In this document: in pieces, positions 7,483 to 17,747 of the stretch | How positions within the stretch are numbered: the stretch's first letter is position 1 | How the letters are laid out: every line of letters begins with the position of its first letter | DNA from: an uncultured Actinomycetota bacterium | Lineage (GTDB): Bacteria > Actinomycetota > Actinomycetes > JAHEKZ01 | DNA length: 64,000 nucleotides | Direction: 5' to 3' | Assembly (NCBI GenBank): GCA_963829525.1 | Contig: CAWHIJ010000003.1 | Location: forward strand, 1,760,001 to 1,824,000 | Made by a program: the position numbers and the translations under genes | The notes under the pieces: model-generated | Told to the model about the DNA's origin: nothing | The model's database searches: none | Seen by the model: only the letters and a program-made list of their open reading frames with translations

Positions 7483-10221
7483 TCACTCCTCCGCGGTGAC
7501 CGCAACGACGCCCCGGCGCAGCGCTCCGATCGCGGTCCGCGCTGATGCAGTCACGGCGTCGTCGCCCGGGACCGCGCTCGTCGCCGCAGCGTTGGCGACC
7601 TGTCCCAGAAGGTCGATCAGTTGCTTGCACCAGCGCACGAAGTCGCCAGCTGCCAACTCGCTCTCGGTGAGGACTGCTTCCAGCCGATGCCCGCTGGCCC
7701 ACCGGTAGGCCGCCCATGCGAAGCCGGCATCGGGATCACGAAGCGCCGAGAGCCGGTGGTCTCGCTCCAGGGCAGAGAGGTCCCAGGCGAGTCGGAGCGT
7801 CTCCTCGATAGCAGTGCGGCCGGCGCCACCAGGGGTCTTCGGTGGTGTGCCGAGATCGCGGCGCGCTTCGTACACCAGCACTGACACTGCCGCGGCCAGT
7901 TCAGCCGGCGTGAGTCCACGCCACAGTCCTTGACGCAGCGCTTCGGCGGCCACAAGGTCCATCTCGGTATAGAGACGAGTCAGACGTTCTCCGTCGGCGG
8001 TAACCGTGTCGCCGTCGAGGTAGCCGATTTCGTCGAGCAGCGCCACGACGCGGTCAAATGTTCGCGCGATGCTGCCTGTTCGGTCGTTGACCCGGCGCTG
8101 CAAGGCCTGGGTCTCTCGGTGCAGCCGGTGCCAACGCTCTGCCCACCGCGCGTGGTCCTCACGCTCGTTGCAGCTGTGGCAAGGGTGCGCACGTAGCTGG
8201 GAACGTAGGGCCACCAGGGTTTCATCCTCCGCTGCTGCACCCTGGCGTTGACGTTGGCGCGGCGGCGCCTGGATCTCTCGCAGACGCAACGCGAGGGCCT
8301 TCCTGGCCTGCGTGTCTCGTGACCGAAATCCCTTGGGAAGCCGAAGCCTCTCGATGGCCTCCGGCGGGTCGACGAAGTCGCTTGGCGCGAACTTCCGCAC
8401 CTGGCGGTCCTCGGTGAGCACGACTGGACGGGCCCCCTCAAATCCGCTTTGACGTCCCCGCTCGATCACGACTCCGATCCGGCCCGAGCGACGTCCTCCA
8501 CCGGGTAACCTCACGACGTCGCCGAGCTCGAGCTGTTCAAGGGCTCGGGACACCAGGGCGCGCCGGCTCGATGTGTCGTCTCGGGCCAACTGCTTCTCCC
8601 GATCTGAGAGCCCGCGCCGGATCGAGGCGTACTCGGTGAAATCGCCGAGGTGGCAGCTCATCGCCTCGGCATAACCGGCGAGTGCCTCCTCGTTCTTGCG
8701 CAGCTGTCGGGCCAGCCCGACGACGGCTCGGTCGGCTTGGAACTGGGCGAATGAGGTCTCCAGCACTTCTCGAGCCGTATGTCGACCCATCTGGCGCACC
8801 AAGTTGACGGCCATGTTGTAGGTCGGGCTGAACGATGAGCGGAGTGGGTACGTCCGGGTCGACGCCAAGCCTGCAAGAGCCTGCGGGTCAAAACCTGGCT
8901 GCCACAGCACGACGGCGTCACCCTCAACATCGATCCCACGGCGTCCGGCTCGACCGGTGAGCTGGGTGTACTCCGACGGCGTGATCTCAGCGTGCGTCTC
9001 GCCGTTCCACTTGGTCATCTTCTCGATGACCACAGTCCGGGCCGGCATGTTGACGCCCAACGCCAGGGTCTCGGTGGCGAAGACGCACATCACGAGACCG
9101 GCGGCGAACAGATCCTCCACGATCTCTTTGAACACGGGCAGCAACCCAGCGTGGTGGGCAGCAAAGCCACGCTCCAAGCCGTCGAGGAAGTCGCCGAACT
9201 CCAAGACACGCAGGTCCTCGTCAGTCAGGTGTGCTGTGCGCTGCTCGACGAGTGTGCGTATCTCATCGGCGCGCTGGGGCTCTGTCAGTCGGACGCCAGA
9301 CTGCAATAGCTGACGCACTGCGCCATCACAGCCGGCACGAGAGAATACGAAGTAGATCGCGGGCAGCATCTCGCGGTGGCGGAGGGCCTCAACGACGTCG
9401 CGACGGCTGGGAACACCCGGAGGGCGGCCGCGTCGTTCGCCCCTCTTCGGTCGATGTCCCCGCATCCTGCGCTGGCTCTCCTCGTCGCGGGCCATACGTT
9501 GTAGCTCAGGGTTGACGCGACGGTGCTCGTCATCGGCAAACAGGTCGTGGATCTGCCGCCCCGACATCACTTGCTGCCACAGCGGTACCGGACGATGTTC
9601 GGAGACGATCACCTCGGTCTTTCCGCGCACGGTGGCAATCCACGCTCCGAACTCTTCGGCGTTGCTTACCGTGGCCGATAGTGCAACCAGGGTCACCGAG
9701 TCGGGGAGATGAATGATCACCTCCTCCCACACAGCACCGCGGAAGCGGTCGGCAAGGTAGTGCACCTCGTCCATGACGACGAACGCCAACTCTTTGAGGG
9801 TGCCCGACCCGGCGTACAACATGTTGCGCAGGACCTCGGTGGTCATGACGACGATCGACGCATCACCGTTGATCGTGTTGTCGCCGGTTAGCAGTCCGAC
9901 CGACTCTTCCCCGTGCCGCTCAACCAGGTCGCGGTACTTCTGGTTCGAGAGCGCCTTGATCGGCGTCGTGTAGAAGCACTTGCGCCCACGCTGAAGTGCC
10001 AGGTCCACGGCAAACTCGCCGACAACGGTCTTGCCGGACCCAGTAGGGGCGGCAACCAACACCGACTCCCCGCGGGCGAGAGCGTCGCAGGCCTGCACCT
10101 GGAACGGATCAAGCCCGAAGGGGTAACCCTCACGGAACCGCTCGACGAGCAGCCCCGGGGCGGAATCTCCTTCGCTCTGCCGTTTACGCCAGTCGGCGTA
10201 CCGCTCAGCGGGGCTGGTCAT
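7483..10221 (-). CDS. helY: Ski2-like DEAD/DEAH-box RNA helicase HelY
   Basis: APTGSGKT, TTPIKALSNQK, DEVH, SAT, QLTGRAGRRG; downstream of tatC as in other actinobacteria. Confidence 0.93.
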   Translation of the reverse strand: MTSPAERYADWRKRQSEGDSAPGLLVERFREGYPFGLDPFQVQACDALARGESVLVAAPTGSGKTVVGEFAVDLALQRGRKCFYTTPIKALSNQKYRDLVERHGEESVGLLTGDNTINGDASIVVMTTEVLRNMLYAGSGTLKELAFVVMDEVHYLADRFRGAVWEEVIIHLPDSVTLVALSATVSNAEEFGAWIATVRGKTEVIVSEHRPVPLWQQVMSGRQIHDLFADDEHRRVNPELQRMARDEESQRRMRGHRPKRGERRGRPPGVPSRRDVVEALRHREMLPAIYFVFSRAGCDGAVRQLLQSGVRLTEPQRADEIRTLVEQRTAHLTDEDLRVLEFGDFLDGLERGFAAHHAGLLPVFKEIVEDLFAAGLVMCVFATETLALGVNMPARTVVIEKMTKWNGETHAEITPSEYTQLTGRAGRRGIDVEGDAVVLWQPGFDPQALAGLASTRTYPLRSSFSPTYNMAVNLVRQMGRHTAREVLETSFAQFQADRAVVGLARQLRKNEEALAGYAEAMSCHLGDFTEYASIRRGLSDREKQLARDDTSSRRALVSRALEQLELGDVVRLPGGGRRSGRIGVVIERGRQSGFEGARPVVLTEDRQVRKFAPSDFVDPPEAIERLRLPKGFRSRDTQARKALALRLREIQAPPRQRQRQGAAAEDETLVALRSQLRAHPCHSCNEREDHARWAERWHRLHRETQALQRRVNDRTGSIARTFDRVVALLDEIGYLDGDTVTADGERLTRLYTEMDLVAAEALRQGLWRGLTPAELAAAVSVLVYEARRDLGTPPKTPGGAGRTAIEETLRLAWDLSALERDHRLSALRDPDAGFAWAAYRWASGHRLEAVLTESELAAGDFVRWCKQLIDLLGQVANAAATSAVPGDDAVTASARTAIGALRRGVVAVTAEE

Positions 10222-10239
10222 AGCCGAAGGCTACGGGAG

Positions 10240-11145
10240 TCAGGGAGCGAGCACCTGCAGGGCATGGGGCACCACCTGTGCCGAGAACAACCCGGAGGTG
10301 ACCGCTTCACCATCGGCGAAGACCGGTGCGTGAAGTGGGCCATCTGATCCGGTGACGGAGACTCGCTCTCCGACGTACGTCGTGGCTTTGGGGTGGGTGA
10401 CATGGGTGCCTCGGTAGACCCGTGGGAAGAGCCAGAGCAGCTCCGGAACAGACATCTCATCGACCACGGTGATGTTGAACCGACCATCGTCAAGGGACGC
10501 AGCCGGACAGATCCGCATGCCGCCGCCGTATGAGGGCCCATTCCCGACCGCTACCAGCATGGCCCGGTGCCGGTGAGTGACCCCGTCGATGGAGAGCGTC
10601 AGGTCAATCGCCTTGAAGGCACCGAGCTCAGCGAGCATTGCAGCGGGGTATCGAGCCCGGCCCCCCGGACCGCGCATGCGGTTGGCTCTGGCGTTGACGG
10701 CGGCGTCAAATCCGGTGGACAGAACGCAGCCGAAGTAGCGACCGTTAGCGAGCTGACCGAGGTCGATCCTTCGAGCGCCGGTGTTCTCCGCTGTCGTGAT
10801 CGCCGAAACTGCGGGCCCGACAGCCAGCCCACCCATATCGAGAGCGCGGGCAAAGTCGTTTCCTGATCCAGCGGGGATAACTCCGAAGGGCACCCTCTCG
10901 CGGGCTGCCACATTCAGGCCCAGGCTCGCAGCCCCGTCTCCCCCCACGACCACCAAACCACGTGCACCCGAGGTGACGGCCTCGCCGGCGCGACGCTCAG
11001 ACTCCGCCGCGTCCTCGCCGATGACGACCCGGACAGGGTCGCCCTGGTCGCGAAGCAGCTGAACGGCTTGACGTCCCCAGCGCGCGCCGCGCCCTCCTCC
11101 CGCGGTCGGATTGACCAATACAACCCACGGGAGTCGGGGCACCAC
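10240..11145 (-). CDS. Diacylglycerol/lipid kinase family protein (YegS/BmrU-like)
   Basis: VNPTAGGG, GGDG, PAGSGNDFAR, GNGPSYGGGM, ADGE. Confidence 0.9.
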   Translation of the reverse strand: MVPRLPWVVLVNPTAGGGRGARWGRQAVQLLRDQGDPVRVVIGEDAAESERRAGEAVTSGARGLVVVGGDGAASLGLNVAARERVPFGVIPAGSGNDFARALDMGGLAVGPAVSAITTAENTGARRIDLGQLANGRYFGCVLSTGFDAAVNARANRMRGPGGRARYPAAMLAELGAFKAIDLTLSIDGVTHRHRAMLVAVGNGPSYGGGMRICPAASLDDGRFNITVVDEMSVPELLWLFPRVYRGTHVTHPKATTYVGERVSVTGSDGPLHAPVFADGEAVTSGLFSAQVVPHALQVLAP

Positions 11146-12081
11146 TCAGGAGATGGGGTCGTCGTCGATACGACCTGGGTGTTCGACTTCGTCCGGGTCG
11201 TCTAGTGGCCGAGGCGCATCGATCGGGGACGCGGCGCCGAGGCCGGCCGGGCCAGAGATCGGGCTGGCCTCATCGTCGTCGAGTTCACCGTAGTCTGGCT
11301 CACTGGACCGACGAGCTCGACGCTTCTCATTGAGCAGACAGATGCTGAATGCGATCAGGATCAAGATCAGCATTGGGCCCGCGAGGAGCATCATGCTCAG
11401 CGGGTCACCCGTCGGAGTTGCGACTGCGCCGAAGATAAAGACCGAGAGAACAGTCCAACGCCAAGATCGCCTGATGGCGTTGGCACTCAAGATGCCGACC
11501 AGATTCAAGCCGACGATGAAGACCGGCACCAGGAATCCGATCCCGAAGACGATCATCGTACGGACGAGGAACGACAAGTAAGCATCCACTGCCAGAAAGT
11601 TGCTGACTCCCGCCGGTGTAAAGCCGATGAGCAAGGCAAGGCCCTTGGGCAGAATCCATAGGGCGACGGCCACCCCTGCAAGAAAGAGCGGCACAGCGGA
11701 GAACATGAAGGCGTAGGCGTAGCGCCGCTCGTGCTTGTGCAGTCCAGGTGTGACAAAGGCCCATAGTTGGTAGATCCACACGGGCGAAGCCAGGACGATC
11801 CCGGTGATCGCAGCGATCTTCAGCTGCAGGGTGAACGGTGACGTCACGCTGGCCAGCGTGATCCGAATGTCGAACCCATCAGCGCGCAGGTCCTCTGCCA
11901 CCGTTTCGATGGGTGCGATGATGAAGTTGAAGATGGGCTCGTAGAAGATCCACCCGATGACACCGCCCAAGATGATGGCGAGCAGTGCCTTAACAATCCG
12001 CGACCGCAGCTCGCGGAGGTGTTCCATGAGCGGCATCGCGCCCCCGGCCGTCGCGGGGGGCGGCGTAGCGGTGCTCACCAC
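11146..12081 (-). CDS. tatC: Twin-arginine translocase subunit TatC
   Basis: MPLMEHLRELRSR, YQLWAFVTPGL..HE, ATPTGDP; six TM segments. Confidence 0.96.
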   Translation of the reverse strand: MVSTATPPPATAGGAMPLMEHLRELRSRIVKALLAIILGGVIGWIFYEPIFNFIIAPIETVAEDLRADGFDIRITLASVTSPFTLQLKIAAITGIVLASPVWIYQLWAFVTPGLHKHERRYAYAFMFSAVPLFLAGVAVALWILPKGLALLIGFTPAGVSNFLAVDAYLSFLVRTMIVFGIGFLVPVFIVGLNLVGILSANAIRRSWRWTVLSVFIFGAVATPTGDPLSMMLLAGPMLILILIAFSICLLNEKRRARRSSEPDYGELDDDEASPISGPAGLGAASPIDAPRPLDDPDEVEHPGRIDDDPIS

Positions 12082-12113
12082 CTGCGTTCTCCGGCGCCGT
12101 CTAGTGCGAGATG

Positions 12114-12383
12114 TCAGCGGTCGGTGGAGCCGCTGTCCGGTGTGGTCGGCTGATTGACGGGCGGAACAACATTCGGCGCCGGGCTGATGACCTCGTCGGG
12201 TGTTGCTTGAATCTGCTGTGGTGGGCTGTTGCCGTCATCGTCTTGCGCGGCCTTCACCTCGGACTTGAAGATTCGGAGCGAACGTCCCAGCCCGCGGGCC
12301 GCATCAGGCAGGCGCTTGGCACCGAAGAGCAGCAGGATGACTGCCAGGATCAAGATGATCTCGATGGGCTTGAGATTCGCCAT
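12114..12383 (-). CDS. tatA: Twin-arginine translocase subunit TatA
   Basis: EIILILAVILLLFGAKRLPDAARGLGRSLRIFKSE. Confidence 0.96.
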   Translation of the reverse strand: MANLKPIEIILILAVILLLFGAKRLPDAARGLGRSLRIFKSEVKAAQDDDGNSPPQQIQATPDEVISPAPNVVPPVNQPTTPDSGSTDR

Positions 12384-12506
12384 AAGACTTCCCTCTACTG
12401 TCCGGATAGGGCAACGCTTGCAGATCTCCCCCGATGGTACGCGGTGATCCCCGCCGGGGCGTCCCTGGCCTAGGAAGTGTCGACCGTCGGGATGCGCCCC
12501 GTCCGG

Positions 12507-12833
12507 CTAGCGAATGGTCGTAAATGAGGCAGGCACTAGGTCGTGGCTCTCCAGCCACAGGGCGAAGTCAAGAATCTCGTCGTAGCTGATTGCCGGGCCG
12601 GTGTGCTCCTCCAGCGCTTCAGCAGGGATGTGCCAGGGGGTCACGGTGACTCCCCCGGACTTCAAGAGCGAGATGATCTCGGCGTCTGCTGGCTTGCGCA
12701 CCTCATCAGTGCACGTGGTGCACTGGAAGGCGTAGTAGGACCACTCCTGACGGTTGCAGACCACCAAGCGCATCTGCTCGGGTGTCAGCTCGACATCCCC
12801 ACACACCGGGCACGAGGCCTTGATGGTCGTCAT
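12507..12833 (-). CDS. Small putative zinc-ribbon protein (CxxC...CxxC)
   Basis: ATG 12833 after GAGGGGAGG; CPVCG and CTTC pairs; between pafC and tatA. Confidence 0.75.
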   Translation of the reverse strand: MTTIKASCPVCGDVELTPEQMRLVVCNRQEWSYYAFQCTTCTDEVRKPADAEIISLLKSGGVTVTPWHIPAEALEEHTGPAISYDEILDFALWLESHDLVPASFTTIR

Positions 12834-12921
12834 GTCTCGTACCTCCCCTCTTGTGAGAGGGGCTTCGGCATCTAACGCAGGGACCTTGACCATCGGGTCG
12901 GGTTGGCGTCACCCGACCGGG

Positions 12922-13866
12922 CTAACCAACGGCGTAGGCGGCCAGCGCCGTCTCGGCATCCTCGCGGACTGCGTCGACGAGCTCAGGCGGTGAGACCGGT
13001 CGGACCGTGCCACCCAGCCTCAGCACCAACTGCCGCGCCCAGCCGAGATCTGCCACGGACAGCTCGATGACAAGCTCAGGATCCGTGCTGACCACCGCGC
13101 TGGGATATGCGTCGAGCACCCACTCGGCGCGTTTGGTGAGTGCCAGCCGGACGCGCCAGCTCGCGGTGTCTCCATCGAAGGCCCCAGTGCGAGCGGGTGG
13201 GGCGGGGTGTGGAGCAGCCGGGATCTTGAGGACTTGAGCGGATTGGATCCTGTCAAGGCGGAAGATGCGGAGATCTCCTGCCAGCAGACACCAGGCCTCA
13301 AGGTAGCTCTGACCATCGACCACGAGCAGGCGCAGCGGATCGACGTCGCGCCTGGTGACCTCGTCGCGGGCCGGGACGTAGTACTCAAGGCTCAGCCGTC
13401 GGCCCTCCCGCAGGGCAGTGGCGACGGCCTCCTGGGACTCGCCGGCCCCCTCGATCGACACGGTGACGTGCCGGTGAGCATCTGCGGCGTCACCTGCGGC
13501 GCGTTCGAGCTTGGCGACCACCCGGTCGACGACGTCTGGGCCAGTAGGAGCTGGAAGATCGGCCAAGGCGCGCAGACCAGCCAGCAAGGCAACAGCTTCG
13601 TCTGGGGCCAGGCGCAGGGGCCGCGCGATGGTGTCAGCGTTGGTGATGACGATCCGGTCGTTCTCCAGCGAGACGTCGATCAGGTCATCGGGCATGTGGC
13701 CGGGCAACCCGCAGAAGAACGCTAGCCCCAAGTCGGCCCGTAGCTGTTGCTCAGAGATTGCAAACTCCGCCGCCGCATCGGCCACCGAGACACCAGGCCG
13801 TTGCAGCAGCCATGGAATCAATGCGAGCAGGCGTGTCAGCTGACCAACTGCTCCCCCGGTCGTCAT
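12922..13866 (-). CDS. pafC: WYL-domain transcriptional regulator PafC
   Basis: RLLALIPWL HTH, CGLPG..PDDLID, SYLEAWC...FRLDRI; overlaps pafB stop. Confidence 0.92.
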   Translation of the reverse strand: MTTGGAVGQLTRLLALIPWLLQRPGVSVADAAAEFAISEQQLRADLGLAFFCGLPGHMPDDLIDVSLENDRIVITNADTIARPLRLAPDEAVALLAGLRALADLPAPTGPDVVDRVVAKLERAAGDAADAHRHVTVSIEGAGESQEAVATALREGRRLSLEYYVPARDEVTRRDVDPLRLLVVDGQSYLEAWCLLAGDLRIFRLDRIQSAQVLKIPAAPHPAPPARTGAFDGDTASWRVRLALTKRAEWVLDAYPSAVVSTDPELVIELSVADLGWARQLVLRLGGTVRPVSPPELVDAVREDAETALAAYAVG

Positions 13867-14846
13867 AGTGCCTCGCCAGTTCCAGCAGAAGAGGCCGCGC
13901 TCAGTGTGTCCTGCAAGCGCCGGATGACCGCGCCCTTGAGGTCGTCAGGGCCCATCACCTTGACGGCAGCCCCGAACCCACTGATGAGCGAGGCCATCTG
14001 TTCGACATCTTCGAAGGGCACATCGTGCAGTGAGCCGTCGTGATCTTCACTCACAGCGATTCCTTGGCGTCGAAGCGGGATCGCTCGCCCACTGCGAATG
14101 TAGAGCCGAGCCGTTCTGGCCGGTGCCGGTTGCGCGAGCATCCGAACCGAGGAGTTGATGTCGGCGTCCTCGGGTACGACGACTGAACCGGCAGGGCCGT
14201 GCGCGGAGACGTCACCTTGTATGCGCGACAGCCGGAAGACTCGGGTTGCGCCGCGGTCTTCGTCGTTCCCGACGACGTACCACCGCCCGTGCCACGAGAC
14301 CAGGCCCCAGGGTTCTAGCCGCCTCTGATCGGCTGCTGCTCCGCCACGTGAGTAGTCGAAACGGACCCGACGGCGTTGCTGGACCGCATCCCAGAGCGCG
14401 GCGAACGCCGGCTCCGCGGCATCGACGCGGGGCTCGATCACCGCCAGCGCCTCGGGGTCGACATCAACACCGACCGACTCGAGCTTGCGGATGGCTCGTC
14501 CCGTGGCGCCAGCCAGCGTGGCGTGCTGCCACATCCGGGCGGCGACCCCTAGTACGGCTAGCTCTTCGGAGTCGAACGACACCGCTGGGAGCGCATAGGA
14601 GTCCTTGGGAATCCGGTAGCCAACCTCGTCGTCGAAGAAGATCTCGTTCGACCCGGTCTCGAGCGGGATGCCCATCTCACGAAGGTCTTCCTTGTCGCGC
14701 TCGAACATCCGTTCAAACGCCTCGTCGTTGGCGCAGTCGGCGTACTGGGGGACTGCCTGGCGGATCTGGTCCTTGGTCACGAACCGCGTGGCTGCCAGAA
14801 GGCAGATCACCAGGTTGAGCAGGCGCTCGGTGCGCGATACCGCCAT
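13863..14846 (-). CDS. pafB: WYL-domain transcriptional regulator PafB
   Basis: RTERLLNLVICLL, AFERMFERDKEDLREMGIP, WYVVG...RVFRLSRI; ATG 14846 after GGAGAGG. Confidence 0.93.
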   Translation of the reverse strand: MAVSRTERLLNLVICLLAATRFVTKDQIRQAVPQYADCANDEAFERMFERDKEDLREMGIPLETGSNEIFFDDEVGYRIPKDSYALPAVSFDSEELAVLGVAARMWQHATLAGATGRAIRKLESVGVDVDPEALAVIEPRVDAAEPAFAALWDAVQQRRRVRFDYSRGGAAADQRRLEPWGLVSWHGRWYVVGNDEDRGATRVFRLSRIQGDVSAHGPAGSVVVPEDADINSSVRMLAQPAPARTARLYIRSGRAIPLRRQGIAVSEDHDGSLHDVPFEDVEQMASLISGFGAAVKVMGPDDLKGAVIRRLQDTLSAASSAGTGEAL

Positions 14847-14990
14847 GAGTCCTCTCCGATGGATGCGTGGTCGACTGGATGCGTGGTCGCAGGTGCTTCT
14901 ACAGGACGTCTGGCCTCCGGGACAGATGGCTTCTCGTCCGTGTCGGCCGCTGTACCGGGACGACGCTACCTGCTGCGTACAGTGATCGTC

Positions 14991-16109
14991 GTGATCCGGT
15001 GGCGCAGTGGACGAGTCATTGAGGTGGGTCGGCGGTGGTCGTCCGCCCTCGAGGTGCGGGTTGAGGTTCATCGGCCGGGCGGCGCGCCTCACACTGCTGA
15101 GCAGGACGATGGCTCAAGCGTCACAACCATTCCAGCTTTGGCCTATACCGATGTGGTCGGCTCGCCCCAGGTCGGTGACCTCGTGCTGCTGAACGTGACC
15201 GCACTGGACCTCGAGCTCGGAACGGGCGGCTACGCCCTGGTCGCTGGCATCCCCGATCGGCTCCCAGGTGACCCAGATGGCCCCGGTCACCTGGTCAAGG
15301 CGCGCTACACCCCCCTGCAGATGACCGTTCTGGGCGTTGACGAACAGGAGTCACCGCATCACGAGCTCCTACGGGACGCGGACGATCTCGCCGGCATGCC
15401 CGTCGTGGTTGCCGATCTGCACTCAGCTCTGCCGGCGATCATCGCCGGCCTCCGCCAACGGCGGCCCGATGCTTCAGTCGCCTACGTCTCCACCGACGGC
15501 GGCGCGCTCCCACTGGCCTTCTCCCGCTCGGTGCAGGGGCTGCGTGATGCCGGATGGCTCACCGGAACGATCACCGTCGGCCAGACCTTCGGTGGCGACC
15601 TCGAGGCAGTGACGGTTCACAACGGCCTGCTCGCAGCGCACCTGGTGCTTGAAGCCGACGTGACAATCGTCGCCCAGGGACCCGGCAACCTGGGGACTGG
15701 AACCCGGTGGGGATTTTCTGGGGTGGCAGCCGGTGAAGCCATTAACGCAGCGGCGACGTTGGGTGGACGGCCGGTCGCTGCGCTTCGGGTCTCGGAGGCG
15801 GACAAGCGGTTGCGTCACTATGGCGTCTCGCACCACTCGTTGACCGCCTACGGACGGGTCGCGGTTCATCCGGCAGAAATCCCTGTTCCACTCTTGCCGG
15901 GCGCTCTTGGCAAGCAGGTGGCGTCACAGGCGGCATCCATGAGCCCCCCGCACCACCTCGTCGCGATCGAGGTGGATCACCTCGAAGAGGCCCTCCGAAC
16001 CAGCCCGGTCGAGCTGTCGACGATGGGCCGAAGCCTGGAATCCGACGGAGCCGCATTCCTCGCGTCAGCTGTCGCCGGACGGCACGCCGCCGCGCTACTG
16101 GGCTCCTGA
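14991..16109 (+). CDS. DUF3866 family protein
   Basis: MIRWRSG start, LGTGGY, GHLVKARYTPLQ, DLHS, QGPGNLGTGTRWGFSG, RHYGVSHHS. Confidence 0.8.
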   Translation: MIRWRSGRVIEVGRRWSSALEVRVEVHRPGGAPHTAEQDDGSSVTTIPALAYTDVVGSPQVGDLVLLNVTALDLELGTGGYALVAGIPDRLPGDPDGPGHLVKARYTPLQMTVLGVDEQESPHHELLRDADDLAGMPVVVADLHSALPAIIAGLRQRRPDASVAYVSTDGGALPLAFSRSVQGLRDAGWLTGTITVGQTFGGDLEAVTVHNGLLAAHLVLEADVTIVAQGPGNLGTGTRWGFSGVAAGEAINAAATLGGRPVAALRVSEADKRLRHYGVSHHSLTAYGRVAVHPAEIPVPLLPGALGKQVASQAASMSPPHHLVAIEVDHLEEALRTSPVELSTMGRSLESDGAAFLASAVAGRHAAALLGS

Positions 16110-16132
16110 GGGGGCACGTCCGGGTGGTCGGT

Positions 16133-16495
16133 TCACTTCACCCCGAGCAGATCGATCACGAAGATCAAGGTCTTGCCGGAGAGCCGGTGACCCCCACCCG
16201 CCGGCCCGTATGCCAGCGCCGGCGGACAGATCAGCTGGCGACGTCCACCGACCTTCATTCCGGGGATCCCCTCCTGCCAGCCCTTGATCAGGTTGCCCAA
16301 TGGAAAGGCGATCGGCTCTCCTCGACTCCACGACGAGTCGAACTCCTCGCCGGAGTCGAACTCGACCCCGAGATAATGCACCTCAACGGTGGCACCGGGG
16401 GTGGCCTCGTCGCCGTCGCCGATGGTGACATCGGTGAAGACCAGGGTCTCCGGCGCGTCTCCACCCGGGAAGTCGACCTCGGGCTTTTCGGTCAT
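16133..16495 (-). CDS. FKBP-type peptidyl-prolyl cis-trans isomerase (cytoplasmic)
   Basis: VHYLGV..EFDSSW.RG, LIKGWQEG..GMKVGGRR.L.CPP..AYG. Confidence 0.95.
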   Translation of the reverse strand: MTEKPEVDFPGGDAPETLVFTDVTIGDGDEATPGATVEVHYLGVEFDSGEEFDSSWSRGEPIAFPLGNLIKGWQEGIPGMKVGGRRQLICPPALAYGPAGGGHRLSGKTLIFVIDLLGVK

Positions 16496-16588
16496 GTGCT
16501 TCCTTCCCTGAACCTGGGAGCCAGGTGACTGGTGCCAGATAGCTGGTGACTGGTGGATGAGCGGGTGCTCGGGTACTCGGGTACTCGG

Positions 16589-17629
16589 TCAGTACGCGCC
16601 GAGGATGTCGACGGCGAACACCATGGTGTCAGTGCCCTTGATCTCGCCGTTCCCGGCGTCTCCGTAGCCGTCCTTGGGTGGAACGACCAACATGACCCTG
16701 CTCCCGACGGTCTGCCCGACCAATCCCTTGTCCCAGCCAGAGATCACCGCTCCTTGACCGATGGCGGTGACATACGGCTGCCCACGACTCCAGGACGAGT
16801 CGAACTCCTTGCCGCTGCGCCACACGACGCCCTTGTACTGCACAACGATGGTGTCGCCCTTCTTGACCTCTGCACCATCACCGACGACGACCGGGATGGC
16901 GATCAGCCGGTTGGACGGGGCACCGGCCGGAATGACGATCTCGGGAGCCTTCGGGGTGATCGAGACGTAAGGCAGGCTGTCATCTTCAGTGGGGGCTGGC
17001 TCACCACGTGCGCTCTCGTTGCCTGCGTGCGACCCCAGTACGTCGACGACAAACACAAGTGTGTCGCCAGCCTGGATCGGGTCTCCTGGCGGTGTGTCGC
17101 CGTACGCCTCATCCGGCGGCAGCACCATCAAGACGCGAGTGCCCGCTTTGACTCCGACCAGACCGGAGTCCCAACCGGGTATCACCGCGCCAATACCGAT
17201 CCCGAACCCGGCAGGGGACCCTCGGTCAAACGATGAGTCAAACGTCTGCCCGTCCTCCCACCTGACTCCGGCGTAGTTCACAACGATCGTTTCCCCAGAG
17301 TTCACGGCGGGTCCGTCGCCCTGACTAAGGGTCTTGACGACCAAGTCGCTTGGTGGCTCGCTGCCGGGAACCGTGATCGTGGGTTTCTGGCCAAAGCCGC
17401 CCTTGACCGTTGGCAGCGCGCCGCTGGCTGCAGGCTCCTCGGAGTCAGACGCCGACACCGACGGTGAGGGCGTCGTGCTCTGATCGGCGCTGGGGTCCGA
17501 GCTTGAGAACGCATTCGGATTGTCGGACGGGTCATCGCTGCCACCACAGGCCGCGAGGGTGCCCGCCAGGACCAGAGTGGCCCCAAGGGCGATCACGGAC
17601 GTACGACGAACACGGGACGCGGTGGACAC
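16589..17629 (-). CDS. Lipoprotein with two FKBP-type PPIase domains
   Basis: Lipobox LAAC; two FDSS...VI.GWD.GL...PP..YG repeats. Confidence 0.92.
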   Translation of the reverse strand: MSTASRVRRTSVIALGATLVLAGTLAACGGSDDPSDNPNAFSSSDPSADQSTTPSPSVSASDSEEPAASGALPTVKGGFGQKPTITVPGSEPPSDLVVKTLSQGDGPAVNSGETIVVNYAGVRWEDGQTFDSSFDRGSPAGFGIGIGAVIPGWDSGLVGVKAGTRVLMVLPPDEAYGDTPPGDPIQAGDTLVFVVDVLGSHAGNESARGEPAPTEDDSLPYVSITPKAPEIVIPAGAPSNRLIAIPVVVGDGAEVKKGDTIVVQYKGVVWRSGKEFDSSWSRGQPYVTAIGQGAVISGWDKGLVGQTVGSRVMLVVPPKDGYGDAGNGEIKGTDTMVFAVDILGAY

Positions 17630-17747
17630 AGGACTCCTTGACGGGGAAGGGTGCTCTCGGCAGCTTGCGCAAGTCGTCGGACCGTGGGCAAGCCGTTCCA
17701 GGGTAGACGCCTGCGGGCCGAAGATGGTTCCGCCTCGCCGCGGTGGG

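Noticed and set aside
12922-14846. WYL proteins as CRISPR/anti-phage regulators
   Set aside because: Sequence and context identify canonical PafBC; no cas genes or arrays
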